Shown: in pieces, positions 35,992 to 47,180 of the stretch
Numbering within the stretch: position 1 is the stretch's first letter
Layout of the letters: the number at the start of each line of letters is the position of its first letter
NCBI GenBank assembly: GCA_963844465.1
Contig: CAWJOR010000011.1
Span: forward strand, 11,128 to 75,127
Source: an uncultured Actinomycetota bacterium
Lineage (GTDB): Bacteria > Actinomycetota > Actinomycetes > Nanopelagicales > Nanopelagicaceae
Length of the DNA: 64,000 nt
Direction of reading: 5' to 3'
The notes under the pieces: model-generated
Seen by the model: the letters and a program-made list of their open reading frames with translations, nothing else
What the model was told of the DNA's origin: nothing
The model's database searches: none
Translations under genes and position numbers: made by a program

Positions 35992-36738
35992 GTGAATGAG
36001 AACGTATTTCCATTTAGCCCGCAACAAGGCGGTAAGAAGGGCGATCGTATACTGATTCTGCGCCTGCCTCAGGACTCTGTCGTACTTGAAGCTGCCAGTA
36101 TGGAAATTGACGAGAAGACAGACAGCCTCACAGCCACACATGTGGAGGCGCTCACTTCGCCTTTTGAAAACGCATCAGAATTTGGAGTCTCTCACCAGTC
36201 ACCTCAGGCGCCTAGAATGCGCCGACGTACGAGACGCAGAGCAAATTGGGTGCGACTTATTAATATCGCCTTCATAGTTTTCGTTACTTTAACTGTGATA
36301 ACTCCAGTTCTTCTCTCTTCAACCCTAGGAATAGCAATCTACGCATCAAATACAGACGCACACGACGCCAAGATTCACCTTGGTGATCTGATGATTTCGG
36401 AAATCAAGCCAGTCATTGAATTGAACGACAATGACGTGCTGCTTCTCCACAATGAATATACATGGCAGCGAGAAATCCGACGAGTGATCTCCAAGTCAGT
36501 GGATGGAAATATGGTCAAATTAACGACCAGTGATGGGATCGATGAGACTTCCACTGACTCATACACGGTCAAACACTCAACGAGAATTCACAAAGTCATA
36601 CGCGTCGTCCCTATGTTTGGCTACTGGGTAACGATCCTCACCTCAGTGCCTGCAAAGATACTCGTGGGCCTCGCAGTGATTGCCATGAACCTCACCGTTC
36701 AAATCCGAAGGGCCCGAAGACTCCGAAACGGATCTTAG
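35992..36738 (+). CDS. Hypothetical membrane protein (two TM segments flanking a beta-rich domain)
   Basis: The GTG at 35992 is preceded by TGGAGAGA. TM segments are [23 protein letters not shown] and [24 protein letters not shown]. The start codon is uncertain. Confidence 0.45.
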   Translation: MNENVFPFSPQQGGKKGDRILILRLPQDSVVLEAASMEIDEKTDSLTATHVEALTSPFENASEFGVSHQSPQAPRMRRRTRRRANWVRLINIAFIVFVTLTVITPVLLSSTLGIAIYASNTDAHDAKIHLGDLMISEIKPVIELNDNDVLLLHNEYTWQREIRRVISKSVDGNMVKLTTSDGIDETSTDSYTVKHSTRIHKVIRVVPMFGYWVTILTSVPAKILVGLAVIAMNLTVQIRRARRLRNGS

Positions 36739-39230
36739 GCTGTTGGCGCTAGATCACTCGGAGAGTCAGGGGCGAGTGACTTGGGTGAGCCGGCAAAGGT
36801 GAACTTTGCCTCTGCGCCTTCGCCCTCGACATCAACGAGCACAATTTCGCCAGCCTTCAGTTCGCCAAAGAGAATCTTCTCGGACAAGCTGTCCTCAATC
36901 TCTCTTTGGATGGTTCGACGAAGCGGTCGGGCACCAAGCAACGGGTCGTAGCCGCGCAACGCAAGAAGATCCTTGGCCGCAGTCGTCAATTCGATTGCCA
37001 TGTCTTTGGCCTTGAGGCGATCATCGAGATTTGTGATCATCAGATCAACTATTTGAACGATCTCAGGCTTGGTCAACTGGTGGAAGACGATGATGTCGTC
37101 AATACGGTTGAGGAACTCTGGGCGGAAATGTGTTTTGAGTTCATCTCCGACCTTGGCCTTCATCCGCTCGTAATTGCTCATCTCGTCTTCGGAGTTCGCA
37201 AAACCAAGACCCGCGCCCTTGGAGATGTCGCGAGTACCAAGGTTGGTCGTCATGATGATGACGGTGTTCTTGAAGTCGACGACGCGACCCTGTGAATCGG
37301 TCAGACGACCATCTTCAAGAACCTGAAGAAGGGAGTTGAAGATATCCGGGTGTGCTTTTTCGATTTCATCGAAGAGCACAACAGAGAACGGCTTGCGACG
37401 GACTTTCTCGGTCAACTGACCACCCTCGTCGTATCCGACATATCCTGGAGGCGCACCGAAAAGTCGTGAAGCCGTATGGCGCTCGGAGTACTCGGACATA
37501 TCAAGTTGAATCAGCGCATCCGCTGTGCCGAACAAGAAATTGGCCAGTGTGCGCGAAAGTTCAGTCTTGCCGACACCTGAGGGGCCAGCGAATATGAAGG
37601 ATCCACCAGGGCGCTTTGGATCTTTCAATCCCGCACGTGTACGGCGAATTGCTTGAGAAAGTGCCTTGATCGCTTGATCTTGGCCGATAACACGACGGTG
37701 GAGTTCATCTTCCATGTGAAGCAAACGCGCAGTCTCTTCCTCGGTCAATTTGAATACTGGAATGCCCGTTGCAGTTGAGAGAACTTCGGCAATGAGTTCT
37801 TCATCGACCTCGGTGACCATATCGAGGTCACCAGCCTTCCAGGTCTTTTCGCGCTCGTGCTTCTCGTTCATCAATTGCTTCTCGTTGTCGCGCAATGACG
37901 CAGCCTTTTCGAAGTCCTGGCTATCAATGGCCGATTCCTTCTCACGGCGAACCGTGGCGATTTTGTCGTCAAACTCGCGCAACTCAGGAGGCGCAGTCAT
38001 GCGACGAATACGCAAGCGCGAACCAGCCTCGTCGATCAAGTCGATTGCCTTGTCCGGCAAGAAACGATCGGAGACGTAGCGATCGGCAAGAGTTGCCGCT
38101 GCAACTATCGCAGAATCAGAGATCGAAACTCGGTGGTGGGACTCGTAGCGATCGCGAAGTCCTTTGAGAATGGCAATGGTGTGCTCAAGCGTCGGCTCGG
38201 CAACTTGGATTGGCTGAAAGCGACGCTCAAGAGCGGCATCTTTCTCGAGGTGCTTGCGGTACTCATCAAGTGTTGTCGCGCCGATTGTCTGGAGTTCGCC
38301 ACGTGCGAGCATCGGCTTCAAGATGCTTGCAGCATCAATCGCGCCTTCTGCTGCACCAGCACCGACAAGGGTGTGAATTTCATCGATGAACAAAATGATG
38401 TCTCCGCGTGTGCGGATTTCTTTCAAAACTTTCTTAAGGCGCTCTTCGAAATCTCCGCGGTAGCGGCTGCCTGCGACAAGGGCGCCGAGGTCGAGGGAGT
38501 AGAGCTGTTTGTCTTTCAAAGTCTCCGGAACATCGCCACGGACAATTGCCTGCGCAAGTCCTTCGACGACTGCGGTCTTGCCGACACCTGGCTCACCGAT
38601 GAGCACCGGGTTGTTTTTGGTGCGACGAGAGAGAACCTGCATCACGCGCTCAATTTCTTTTTCGCGGCCGATAACAGGATCAAGTTTTCCTTCACGTGCA
38701 GCCTGTGTCAGGTTGCGTCCGAACTGATCGAGAATCAGAGAAGTCGAGGGAGTTCCCTCTGCGGGACCACCCGTGGTCACCGGCTCCTTGCCCTGATAGC
38801 CAGAGAGAAGTTGGATGACTTGCTGGCGTACTCGCGAAAGATCTGCGCCCAGCTTCATCAATACTTGGGCGGCGACGCCTTCGCCTTCACGGATAAGTCC
38901 AAGCAAAATATGTTCGGTGCCGATGTAGTTGTGGCCCAACTGAAGAGCCTCTCGTAGGGAGAGTTCAAGGACCTTCTTCGCGCGCGGGGTAAATGGGATG
39001 TGGCCGCTCGGGGCTTGCTGGCCCTGTCCGATGATCTCTTCAACCTGCGAGCGCACGGCTTCGAGGGAGATGCCGAGGGATTCGAGGGCTTTGGCGGCGA
39101 CGCCTTCGCCTTCGTGGATGAGACCAAGGAGAATGTGCTCGGTGCCGATGTAGTTGTGGTTGAGCATGCGGGCTTCTTCTTGTGCCAGCACGACGACTCG
39201 CCTCGCCCTATCCGTAAAACGCTCAAACAT
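36735..39230 (-). CDS. clpC: ATP-dependent Clp protease ATP-binding subunit ClpC
   Basis: Duplicated Clp_N repeats, Walker A motifs GEPGVGKT and GPSGVGKT, and a UVR-like linker. 831 aa. Confidence 0.95.
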   Translation of the reverse strand: MFERFTDRARRVVVLAQEEARMLNHNYIGTEHILLGLIHEGEGVAAKALESLGISLEAVRSQVEEIIGQGQQAPSGHIPFTPRAKKVLELSLREALQLGHNYIGTEHILLGLIREGEGVAAQVLMKLGADLSRVRQQVIQLLSGYQGKEPVTTGGPAEGTPSTSLILDQFGRNLTQAAREGKLDPVIGREKEIERVMQVLSRRTKNNPVLIGEPGVGKTAVVEGLAQAIVRGDVPETLKDKQLYSLDLGALVAGSRYRGDFEERLKKVLKEIRTRGDIILFIDEIHTLVGAGAAEGAIDAASILKPMLARGELQTIGATTLDEYRKHLEKDAALERRFQPIQVAEPTLEHTIAILKGLRDRYESHHRVSISDSAIVAAATLADRYVSDRFLPDKAIDLIDEAGSRLRIRRMTAPPELREFDDKIATVRREKESAIDSQDFEKAASLRDNEKQLMNEKHEREKTWKAGDLDMVTEVDEELIAEVLSTATGIPVFKLTEEETARLLHMEDELHRRVIGQDQAIKALSQAIRRTRAGLKDPKRPGGSFIFAGPSGVGKTELSRTLANFLFGTADALIQLDMSEYSERHTASRLFGAPPGYVGYDEGGQLTEKVRRKPFSVVLFDEIEKAHPDIFNSLLQVLEDGRLTDSQGRVVDFKNTVIIMTTNLGTRDISKGAGLGFANSEDEMSNYERMKAKVGDELKTHFRPEFLNRIDDIIVFHQLTKPEIVQIVDLMITNLDDRLKAKDMAIELTTAAKDLLALRGYDPLLGARPLRRTIQREIEDSLSEKILFGELKAGEIVLVDVEGEGAEAKFTFAGSPKSLAPDSPSDLAPTA

Positions 39231-39387
39231 CGTGGCTCCCTTTTTGATTTCTTACTCTTCTAAGCCTAAACCAAGTGCGGTTTAGGAGCGAAACGTGACG
39301 CCTGACCCATATAACCGCAGGTCGATGAGTTTTATGCCCAATCCATGGTGACTATCTGTAGACGCAGATCCTGTGCCGTCCAATTGA

Positions 39388-39882
39388 CTATAGATATTTC
39401 AACATGCGGGTATTCCCCAAGGTATTGGGCTTAACGCTCTCCAAATCGAGGAATTCGGCGATACCGGTGTCATAGGAGTGAAGCAGTTGGGTGTAGACCT
39501 CGGGATCGACGGGAGTTCCATGAATTTCCTCAAAGCCATGACGGCCAAAGAAGTCGGTCTCAAAGGTCAGACAGAAGATTCTCTTGACCCCGATCTCTCG
39601 GGCACGCTCGATGATCGCCTCGAGAATTCGATGCCCGATCCCCTGTCCTCGATAATTCTCAGCGACTGCGACAGTTCTTACTTCTGCCAGGTCTTCCCAG
39701 AGAACATGGAGGGCCCCGCAGCCAATGACCTCGCCCTTGTCGATGGCAACAGTGAATTCTTGGACGCTCTCATAGAGTGTCACTGTCTCCTTGGAAAGAA
39801 GTCGGCGTTGTGGAGCGTAGGTATCGATGAGTTTGCGGATGCCCTTGACGTCGGTGGATTTCGCTGAGCGAATCTCAACCAT
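39388..39882 (-). CDS. GNAT family N-acetyltransferase (amino-acid N-acetyltransferase-like)
   Basis: YRGQGIGHRILEAI acetyl-CoA binding motif. 164 aa. Confidence 0.7.
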   Translation of the reverse strand: MVEIRSAKSTDVKGIRKLIDTYAPQRRLLSKETVTLYESVQEFTVAIDKGEVIGCGALHVLWEDLAEVRTVAVAENYRGQGIGHRILEAIIERAREIGVKRIFCLTFETDFFGRHGFEEIHGTPVDPEVYTQLLHSYDTGIAEFLDLESVKPNTLGNTRMLKYL

Positions 39883-39884
39883 GG

Positions 39885-41393
39885 TTAGTCGATCTCTGGT
39901 TTCACCAGCGGGAAGAGAATCGTCTCGCGAATACCAAGACCGGTAAGGGCCATCAGCAGTCGATCAACACCCATTCCCATTCCACCCATGGGCGGCATGC
40001 CAAATTCCATCGCACGCAAGAAGTCTTCATCAACGCTCATCGCCTCGACGTCGCCCTTAGCCCCAAGGCGCCCCTGTTCCACAAGGCGCTCGCGCTGAAT
40101 GACCGGGTCTATGAGTTCTGAATATCCCGTTGCTAATTCGAAGCCGTCGACGTACAGATCCCATTTCTCAACGACTCCGGGAATTGTGCGGTGCGCGCGT
40201 ACCAACGGAGCGTTGTCCGTTGGAAAGCCCATGACAAATGTTGGCTCTTTGAGTCTGTCGGCCGCAACGTGTTCAAAGATTTCCTCTGCCAGTTTGCCTT
40301 TAATCCAACTTGGGTCAACCTTGATACCCAATCTCTCGGCGAATTTCTTCAAGTCCTCCGTAGAAGTCAATGCAGTGACCGTTTCGCCAACGCCTTCAGA
40401 AATAGCGTCGAATAGGGAGATTTCCCGCCATGTACCGCCCAGATCAGATTCGCGTCCATCGTGATGGGTTACGACATGCGTGCCGAAAATATCCATCGCA
40501 ACATTTTGGACGAGGGATCGGGTCAATTCAGCCACGGTTCGCCAGTCCCCATAAGCCTCATAACTTTCAATCATCGCAAATTCCGGCGAGTGGCTTGAAT
40601 CAGCGCCCTCGTTACGGAAATTGCGATTGATTTCATAGACTCGCTCAATTCCGCCGACAACACAGCGCTTCAAGAACAGCTCCGGCGCGATACGCAGGAA
40701 GAGATCCATGTCGTATGCATTGCTGTACGTCTTGAATGGTCGTGCTGCCGCCCCACCCGGTTGCACTTGCAACATGGGGGTCTCAACTTCCAAGTAGTCG
40801 CGCTCGTGGTAGGTATCGCGCAACGAACGCATGACCGCAGGTCGAAGTCGTGCGTTGCTTCGAGCCTCAGGGCGCACGATCAGATCGACATAGCGCATGC
40901 GAACGCGGGTCTCCTCAGACATGGGCTTATGTTCGTTTGGCAGCGGGCGCAGTGACTTGGAGGCAAGAGCCCATTCGTTTGCAAGGATTGAGAGTTCCCC
41001 ACGCTTCGACGTGATGATTTCACCAGAAACGCTGACAATGTCTCCTAGATCGATATCGCTCTTCCATGAGGCAAGAGAATCCTCTCCCACCTTGTCGAGT
41101 GAGATCATGGCTTGGAGCGTCGTCCCGTCGCCTTCGCGCAACGTTGCAAAACAAAGTTTTCCCGTATCGCGCTTAAAGATGATGCGTCCCGTGACGCTTT
41201 CCAGATCACCGGTGGCGACATCGATGGCGAGATCTGCGTAGATAGTCCGGATGCGGGCAAGGGATTTCGTGCGTGGAACCGAAACGGGATACGGCTCAAC
41301 ACCGCGGTCCAGCAGTCCGGCGCGCTTTTCGCGCCTGATGCGTAACTGTTCCGGGAGATCGTCTTCTTCTGGCGAGATGGGGGTGTCTGACAT
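39885..41393 (-). CDS. lysS: Lysine-tRNA ligase, class II
   Basis: OB-fold N-domain and class II motifs (FRNEG..., GMGMGVDRLLM). 502 aa. Confidence 0.95.
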   Translation of the reverse strand: MSDTPISPEEDDLPEQLRIRREKRAGLLDRGVEPYPVSVPRTKSLARIRTIYADLAIDVATGDLESVTGRIIFKRDTGKLCFATLREGDGTTLQAMISLDKVGEDSLASWKSDIDLGDIVSVSGEIITSKRGELSILANEWALASKSLRPLPNEHKPMSEETRVRMRYVDLIVRPEARSNARLRPAVMRSLRDTYHERDYLEVETPMLQVQPGGAAARPFKTYSNAYDMDLFLRIAPELFLKRCVVGGIERVYEINRNFRNEGADSSHSPEFAMIESYEAYGDWRTVAELTRSLVQNVAMDIFGTHVVTHHDGRESDLGGTWREISLFDAISEGVGETVTALTSTEDLKKFAERLGIKVDPSWIKGKLAEEIFEHVAADRLKEPTFVMGFPTDNAPLVRAHRTIPGVVEKWDLYVDGFELATGYSELIDPVIQRERLVEQGRLGAKGDVEAMSVDEDFLRAMEFGMPPMGGMGMGVDRLLMALTGLGIRETILFPLVKPEID

Positions 41394-41413
41394 AGTGCGC
41401 GAAGTCTACCTAT

Positions 41414-42181
41414 TCAGGCATTTCGCTCGTGAATGAGGCGAAGTCCGATCAGCGTTAGATCCGGCTCGTGGTGGCCGATGGTCTCCGATATTCCAAGGAC
41501 CAACGGAGCCAAGCCCCCCGTCGCGATGACCGAAGGTGCTTGCGGATATGACTGCTTGAGTTCGGCGCTGATGCGGTGGACCAAGCCGTCCACCTGGCCG
41601 GCAAAACCGTAGATTGCCCCTGATTGAAGGGCCTCGACGGTGTTCTTTCCAATGACCGATCGTGGACGGATGAGTTCGACTTTTCGAAGTTGAGCGGCGC
41701 GGGCTGCAAGTGCATCGATAGAGATCTCAATTCCGGGAGCAAGAGCGCCTCCGAGGAACTCCCCCTTGTCCGAGACAACATCGAAGTTGGTTGAAGTTCC
41801 AAAATCGACCACGATCGCCGGTCCATCCGGATAGAGAGTATGTGCCGCGAGCGTATTGACGATCCGGTCGGCGCCGATCTCCTTGGGATTATCGTAAAGC
41901 AACGGGACTCCTGTCTTAATCCCAGGTTCCACAATGGTCACTCGGATATCTGGAAAATAAGCGTTGATCATGGTGCGCAATTCGCGAAGTGTCGCCGGAA
42001 CCGTGGAGCAAACGGCTAATCCGGTAATTTCGTAATCGGCAACGAGGGATCCAAACTGCAACCAGAGTTCATCCGATGTGTTGCGGGCATCTGTCTTGAC
42101 TCTCCAAGATCGAACCAATACCTTTCCATCAAAGACACCAAGGACTGTGTTTGTATTTCCCACATCAATTGTTAGCAACAT
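41414..42181 (-). CDS. coaX: Type III pantothenate kinase
   Basis: MLLTIDVGNTNTVLG N-terminus and GADR and ATGG motifs. Confidence 0.9.
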   Translation of the reverse strand: MLLTIDVGNTNTVLGVFDGKVLVRSWRVKTDARNTSDELWLQFGSLVADYEITGLAVCSTVPATLRELRTMINAYFPDIRVTIVEPGIKTGVPLLYDNPKEIGADRIVNTLAAHTLYPDGPAIVVDFGTSTNFDVVSDKGEFLGGALAPGIEISIDALAARAAQLRKVELIRPRSVIGKNTVEALQSGAIYGFAGQVDGLVHRISAELKQSYPQAPSVIATGGLAPLVLGISETIGHHEPDLTLIGLRLIHERNA

Positions 42182-43072
42182 TTAGATCTCCGCCTTAAGG
42201 TCGAGTCCGATATCCAACACAGGTGCAGAGTGAGTGAGCGCGCCAACCGCCAAATAATCGACGCCCGTGCGCGCATATGCCTTTGCATTCTCAAGTGAGA
42301 GCCCACCAGATGCCTCCAATTTACAGCGACCATCAACTATGGCAACTGCCTGGCGACATTCATCAATACTCATATTGTCCAGCAATATGAGGTCAGGTTT
42401 GTGAGAGAGGATCTCCTTTAGTTGAACAAGAGAATCGACTTCCACCTCAATTTCAATCTGCGGATACAGCGCGCGCACCCGTTCAAAGGCTTTGCCGACA
42501 CTGCCCACGGCTTCAACGTGATTGTCCTTGATCAGGGCAGATTCACTCAATGACATTCGGTGGTTGGTACCTCCGCCCATGCGCACGGCGTACTTCTCCA
42601 AAACTCGCATGCCGGGCGTAGTTTTCCGGGTGTCTCGTATCGCAGTGTCGTAATCCTTTACTTCATCCACCCATCTTCGTGTGAGGGTTGCAATGCCGCT
42701 GAGATGGCCAAGAAAATTGAGTGACGTACGCTCGGCAAGCAGCAGTGCTCTCGTGTTTCCGCGGGCAGACAACACCACTGTGCCTGCTTCGACATTGTGA
42801 GCACACAAGACCCCGGATTGAAGATCGGTCACGCCAACTAATTCGAGAGCAACTTTTGCAACGTCAATTCCTGCAATTACGCCGTTGACGCGGACACGAT
42901 ACTCCGCCGTTGACGTGTGCTCTGCTGGAATCGTCGCTACAGAAGTCACGTCATCTCCGCCTGCCAAATCCTCTTGAAATGCACGCATCACGAGGTCGAC
43001 AGTATGTTCTGGATCAAGGGAGGCATTTATAAGAGCCTGACGAGTCTGCGACGAGATCTCTGCGAACTTCAT
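42182..43072 (-). CDS. nadC: Nicotinate-nucleotide diphosphorylase (carboxylating)
   Basis: QPRTase sequence character (RKTTPG, IKDNH, LLDNM). The ATG at 43072 forms an ATGA overlap with the nadB stop. Confidence 0.9.
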   Translation of the reverse strand: MKFAEISSQTRQALINASLDPEHTVDLVMRAFQEDLAGGDDVTSVATIPAEHTSTAEYRVRVNGVIAGIDVAKVALELVGVTDLQSGVLCAHNVEAGTVVLSARGNTRALLLAERTSLNFLGHLSGIATLTRRWVDEVKDYDTAIRDTRKTTPGMRVLEKYAVRMGGGTNHRMSLSESALIKDNHVEAVGSVGKAFERVRALYPQIEIEVEVDSLVQLKEILSHKPDLILLDNMSIDECRQAVAIVDGRCKLEASGGLSLENAKAYARTGVDYLAVGALTHSAPVLDIGLDLKAEI

Positions 43073-44682
43073 GACTTGATCACCTCCTCGAATCCAGAAC
43101 TCCAATTCCCTTCAAGATCCATCCGCTGAAGAATATGTTTTTCCCAAGCGGCCAAGGACTCCGGGAAATCCTCTCTCCAGTGTGAACCTCGAGTCTCCTC
43201 TCGCAGCAAGGCAGAGCGCACAATTGCAGTGGCAAGATGAAAGAGGTTTGTCGTTTCCCAGGCCTCAACGCACGGTTGTGCACTGAACTGCTTTCCAATC
43301 TCCTCAAGATCCTTACTGGCGTTGAGGAGGGAATCACGCGAACGCAGGACGCCTGCGCCTGCGCTCATGCTTATCTGAAGTCTCTTTCGGATATCTGGAT
43401 CAAGCAATATGGTCTGTTGAGGAATCTCGATTGGTTCTGAGAATTCGGGAAGATTCGCAGCGATATCGGCGGCGATGCGCGCGCTGAAGACCAACCCTTC
43501 AAGCAGCGAATTGGAAGCCAGACGATTCGCACCATGGACGCCAGTGCAGGCGGTTTCCCCACACGCATACAAACCAGACATGTTCGAGCGGCCGTTCATA
43601 TCAACTCGCACTCCTCCTGATGCGTAATGCGAGGCCGGCGCAACGGGAATCAATTGCCTTAGCGGGTCAATTCCGTGGGCCAGACAAGAGGCATAGATAG
43701 TGGGGAAGCGATCGGTGAATCCTTCTATGTTCCGCACATCCAGCCAGACATGATGAGCGCCGGTTTTTTCCATGTGGCGCATGATTGCCTTTGCGACGAC
43801 ATCGCGAGGCGCAAGCTCGGCCATCGGATGCTGGCCAACCATGAATCGCACGCCTTCGTCATCAACCAAGTGCCCGCCTTCACCCCGCACCGCTTCGCTG
43901 ATAAGTGGCTGCTGGCCTTGCGAGGCATCGCCCAACCACATCACCGTCGGGTGGAATTGAATAAATTCGACATCTGCAACATCGGCTCCCGCACGAAGGG
44001 CGAGGGCGACGCCATCTCCCGTAGAGACAGAGGGATTGGTTGTTTGAGAAAAAACTTGACCAAGGCCGCCCGTAGCAAGAACCGTTGCGCGGGCAATAGC
44101 GCGTCCAACCCCATCACGAGTTCCTGCACCAATAACATGCAGAGTCACTCCGCAAACTTTTCCCTGGGAATCTTTAAGCGCATCGAGCACAAGTGCGTGT
44201 TCCAAAACTTCAATCTGCGGATCATTCCTCACGGCAGCAAGCAGCGCCCGCGAAACTTCCGCACCAGTTGCATCTCCCCCGGCATGAAGGATGCGATTTC
44301 GGTGGTGTCCGCCTTCACGAGTTAAGGAAATCTCGCCACTGGCCTCCTTATCAAACACTGCACCTCGTGCAATAAGTTTCCGTACTGCCTCAGGTCCCTC
44401 TGACACCAGAACTTTGACCGCAGGTTCATCACACAGCCCCGCCCCTGCTACAAGTGTGTCCTTCTCATGCTGGTCGGGTGTATCTCCCGGTCCTAACGCA
44501 GCGGCGATGCCACCTTGGGCCCATTTGGTAGAACCTGCATCCACTCGTGCTTTAGTAACCAATAGAACTGAAAGACCGAAACTTCTTATTTGAAGTGCAG
44601 TCGTCAGCCCAGCAACTCCTGAGCCAACAACGATTACGTCCGCGCGCGCGGTCCAACCCGGACTGGGTGCAAGCAATTTCAT
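43069..44682 (-). CDS. nadB: L-aspartate oxidase
   Basis: FAD motif VIVVGSGVAGL and C-terminal ETRGSHWREDFP. The ATG at 44682 forms an ATGA overlap with the panC stop. Confidence 0.9.
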   Translation of the reverse strand: MKLLAPSPGWTARADVIVVGSGVAGLTTALQIRSFGLSVLLVTKARVDAGSTKWAQGGIAAALGPGDTPDQHEKDTLVAGAGLCDEPAVKVLVSEGPEAVRKLIARGAVFDKEASGEISLTREGGHHRNRILHAGGDATGAEVSRALLAAVRNDPQIEVLEHALVLDALKDSQGKVCGVTLHVIGAGTRDGVGRAIARATVLATGGLGQVFSQTTNPSVSTGDGVALALRAGADVADVEFIQFHPTVMWLGDASQGQQPLISEAVRGEGGHLVDDEGVRFMVGQHPMAELAPRDVVAKAIMRHMEKTGAHHVWLDVRNIEGFTDRFPTIYASCLAHGIDPLRQLIPVAPASHYASGGVRVDMNGRSNMSGLYACGETACTGVHGANRLASNSLLEGLVFSARIAADIAANLPEFSEPIEIPQQTILLDPDIRKRLQISMSAGAGVLRSRDSLLNASKDLEEIGKQFSAQPCVEAWETTNLFHLATAIVRSALLREETRGSHWREDFPESLAAWEKHILQRMDLEGNWSSGFEEVIKS

Positions 44683-45497
44683 CGGGTTGAGCCAACCATG
44701 GGCATATTGTCGATCAAACGGACCCCATTTACCCAACCGGCGATCAATGCGCGTTTTCTCCGCGTTGAATCAGTTGCCAGAGAGAAGTCCTTTTCATCGA
44801 TAATTTCTGCATATTCACACTTGAATCCAGGTTCGGCGGCAAGGGTCCTATCTATTTCTTGCCGCATCAAGTCGATGGATCCCATTCGAGAAGCATTGAT
44901 TAAAGCACTGGAAATGACCAGCGCGATCTGAAGATCATCAGGGCTCAAGCGGGCATTTCGCGACGAAATGGCCAAGCCGGTAGCTTCACGAACCGTTGGA
45001 ACGGCCACGATCTCGACGCCAAGGTCAAAATCCTTCACCATCTTACGGATGAGGAAAAGTTGCTGAAAATCCTTCTCACCGAAGAGTGCCCATGTAGGTT
45101 GGACAAGATCGAATAGTCGTTTGACAACCGTCAGCATCCCTTCGAAATGTCCTTTGCGCATCGCACCTTCGTAGAGGCCGCCAATGGGTCCAGGATCGAG
45201 TTTTGCGATGGGCCCTGGGAATATCTCCTCATACGTGGGAATCCAGAGGATTCGGGCACCAGATTCTTCGGCGGTCTGGATATCGGATTCCGGAGTGCGT
45301 GGATATTTCTCCAGATCCACGACATCGTCGAATTGAAGGGGATTGACGAAGATGCTCACCAGGACCGATTCTGAAAATTGGCTTGCTCGGTGAATAAGTG
45401 CTCCGTGCCCCTTGTGCAAGGCTCCCATGGTTGGGACAAGGGCAACGGGGCCAAGTTCTGATCTATCCACATGGCTTAAGTGATCGACTACCTGCAT
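44679..45497 (-). CDS. panC: Pantoate-beta-alanine ligase
   Basis: PTMGALHKGH (HIGH-like) motif. 272 aa. Confidence 0.95.
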   Translation of the reverse strand: MQVVDHLSHVDRSELGPVALVPTMGALHKGHGALIHRASQFSESVLVSIFVNPLQFDDVVDLEKYPRTPESDIQTAEESGARILWIPTYEEIFPGPIAKLDPGPIGGLYEGAMRKGHFEGMLTVVKRLFDLVQPTWALFGEKDFQQLFLIRKMVKDFDLGVEIVAVPTVREATGLAISSRNARLSPDDLQIALVISSALINASRMGSIDLMRQEIDRTLAAEPGFKCEYAEIIDEKDFSLATDSTRRKRALIAGWVNGVRLIDNMPMVGSTR

Positions 45498-45542
45498 CTG
45501 CTCCAGTCCTTCCTTGGTACCGGGCTCTCTAGAACCTAAAGA

Positions 45543-45998
45543 TTACTTGGAAGGAGGTAACTCCACCAAAATATCCCTCACTCGACCGTGAAGTGGAAGC
45601 TCGGCATTTGGATCAATTTCCAACCACGGCTCAAGAACAAATCGTCGCTCATGAGCTCTTGGGTGAGGCAAAATCAAATCCTCTTCATCGCTCGCCATGT
45701 CTCCATATGTGATCAAGTCAAGGTCTATCACTCTAGGGCCCCATCGCTCATCGCGAACGCGTCCCATGCTCTTCTCAATTCCATGAAGAAGATCCAATAA
45801 ATCATGGGCCGGCAAGTCCGAATCAACGATACAGACCGCATTCACATAGTCAGGCTGTGGTGGTCCACCAACTGGTTTGGTCGAATAGAGAGAGGAACGC
45901 GCGATCAAATCAGTGGACTGTTCTAAGAGGGCAATGGCTAATTCAACAGCTCCTATTGGATCTTCCAAATTAGCACCTAGTGCGACAACAGCCCTCAT
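45543..45998 (-). CDS. folK: 2-amino-4-hydroxy-6-hydroxymethyldihydropteridine diphosphokinase
   Basis: VVALGANL N-terminus and the RWGPRVIDLDL motif. Confidence 0.9.
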   Translation of the reverse strand: MRAVVALGANLEDPIGAVELAIALLEQSTDLIARSSLYSTKPVGGPPQPDYVNAVCIVDSDLPAHDLLDLLHGIEKSMGRVRDERWGPRVIDLDLITYGDMASDEEDLILPHPRAHERRFVLEPWLEIDPNAELPLHGRVRDILVELPPSK

Positions 45999-46357
45999 CG
46001 ACTTCGCACTATGGAAACGGAAATGTCCTCAATCTTCGCCGCTACCGGTGCATCCGGCTTATGTACTGTGACTCGAACCGATTCAACCTTCGGATAGTCT
46101 CGCAGGATCAATTCGGCAATCTGTCCGGCGAGCCTCTCGATCAAGGTCACAGGCGGGCCAACAATTTGGGCAAGCACCAGATCACAGACAGTGCTGTAGT
46201 TGACGGTGTCGTCGATGGAATCGCTCTTCGTTACTTTTGATAAATCCATATTCAAGATCAAATCGACTAAGAATCCTTGACCGTTTTCGCGTTCATCTTC
46301 AAAAAGCCCATGGTATCCAAAACCGAATAATCCAGTGATTTCAATCCGGTCACTCAT
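45995..46357 (-). CDS. folB: Dihydroneopterin aldolase
   Basis: 120 aa, with GYHGLFEDERENGQ and ..VTVHKP motifs. ATGA overlaps on both sides within the fol operon. Confidence 0.9.
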   Translation of the reverse strand: MSDRIEITGLFGFGYHGLFEDERENGQGFLVDLILNMDLSKVTKSDSIDDTVNYSTVCDLVLAQIVGPPVTLIERLAGQIAELILRDYPKVESVRVTVHKPDAPVAAKIEDISVSIVRSR

Positions 46358-47172
46358 CTCATGCTCCTCGCTACTGCAATTGCATCCATATGTGGTTTCA
46401 CGCTGTGCACCCGAACGCCCCAGATTCCCTTCGTGGCGAGGAGGGCGGTAAGGGCAATGGTGGCAGATTCTCTTTCATCCGTCTTGTCGGCACCGACCAA
46501 TTTTCCAAGAAAGCGCTTGCGTGAGGCGCCGACCAAAACGGGAAAGCCGATGGCCTTGAATGCTTCCAAGTTATTCAGAATTGACCAGTTGTGCTCAGCT
46601 TCCTTGGCAAAGCCAATGCCCGGATCAAGGATTAGGTTTTCAGGAGAGATGCCTGCCGCAAGGCATGCATCAGCCCTTTCTCTTAATTCGTCTGCGACCT
46701 CTTTTACAACGTCGTCATAGACCGCGCGCACGTGCATATCTGCCGATTCTCCCCGCGTATGCATCGCAATATAGGGACACTCCAACGAAGCAACAGCGGC
46801 CAACATTTCAGGATCGGATAGACCCGCGCTCACATCGTTGACGATATGCGCACCCGCCTTCACCGCTTCTCGCGCCGTGATTGCGCGTTTGGTGTCGATG
46901 CTAATCACTGCGCCACTAGAAGCTAATGCTTGAATGACGGGAAGAACCCTGCGCAATTCCTCATCGGTGGCAATCGAATGGGATCCGGGCCTTGTGGACT
47001 CGCCGCCAACGTCGATGATGTCCGCACCTTCTTCGAGCATTTCATGGCCGCGCTTGAGCGCAGTATCAAGACTCGCAAACCGTCCGCCATCTGCAAAGGA
47101 GTCGGGGGTGACATTCAATATCCCCATCACGATCGGACGATCATTCGGAAAGTTCATCTGCGAAAGTAACAT
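46354..47172 (-). CDS. folP: Dihydropteroate synthase
   Basis: GILNVTPDSFADGG, DVGGESTRPG and GASRKRF motifs. Confidence 0.95.
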   Translation of the reverse strand: MLLSQMNFPNDRPIVMGILNVTPDSFADGGRFASLDTALKRGHEMLEEGADIIDVGGESTRPGSHSIATDEELRRVLPVIQALASSGAVISIDTKRAITAREAVKAGAHIVNDVSAGLSDPEMLAAVASLECPYIAMHTRGESADMHVRAVYDDVVKEVADELRERADACLAAGISPENLILDPGIGFAKEAEHNWSILNNLEAFKAIGFPVLVGASRKRFLGKLVGADKTDERESATIALTALLATKGIWGVRVHSVKPHMDAIAVARSMR

Positions 47173-47180
47173 GTCGAAAA

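Noticed and set aside
38133-38957. Long ORFs antisense to well-supported genes: 38133..38957 in clpC, 43675..44325 in nadB, 24184..24834 in the murR-like gene, 4982..5596 in the flavin reductase gene, and many shorter ones.
   Set aside because: They lie entirely inside genes with clear family motifs on the other strand, have low-complexity Arg/Ser/Pro-rich translations, and lack recognisable ribosome-binding sites. They are typical shadow ORFs.
39265-39286. An 8-bp hairpin (CCTAAACC-N6-GGTTTAGG) in the clpC upstream region, considered as a possible regulatory element.
   Set aside because: It is short, has no adjacent T-run, and matches no ClgR/CtsR-type operator that I can recognise. It is not distinguishable from chance.
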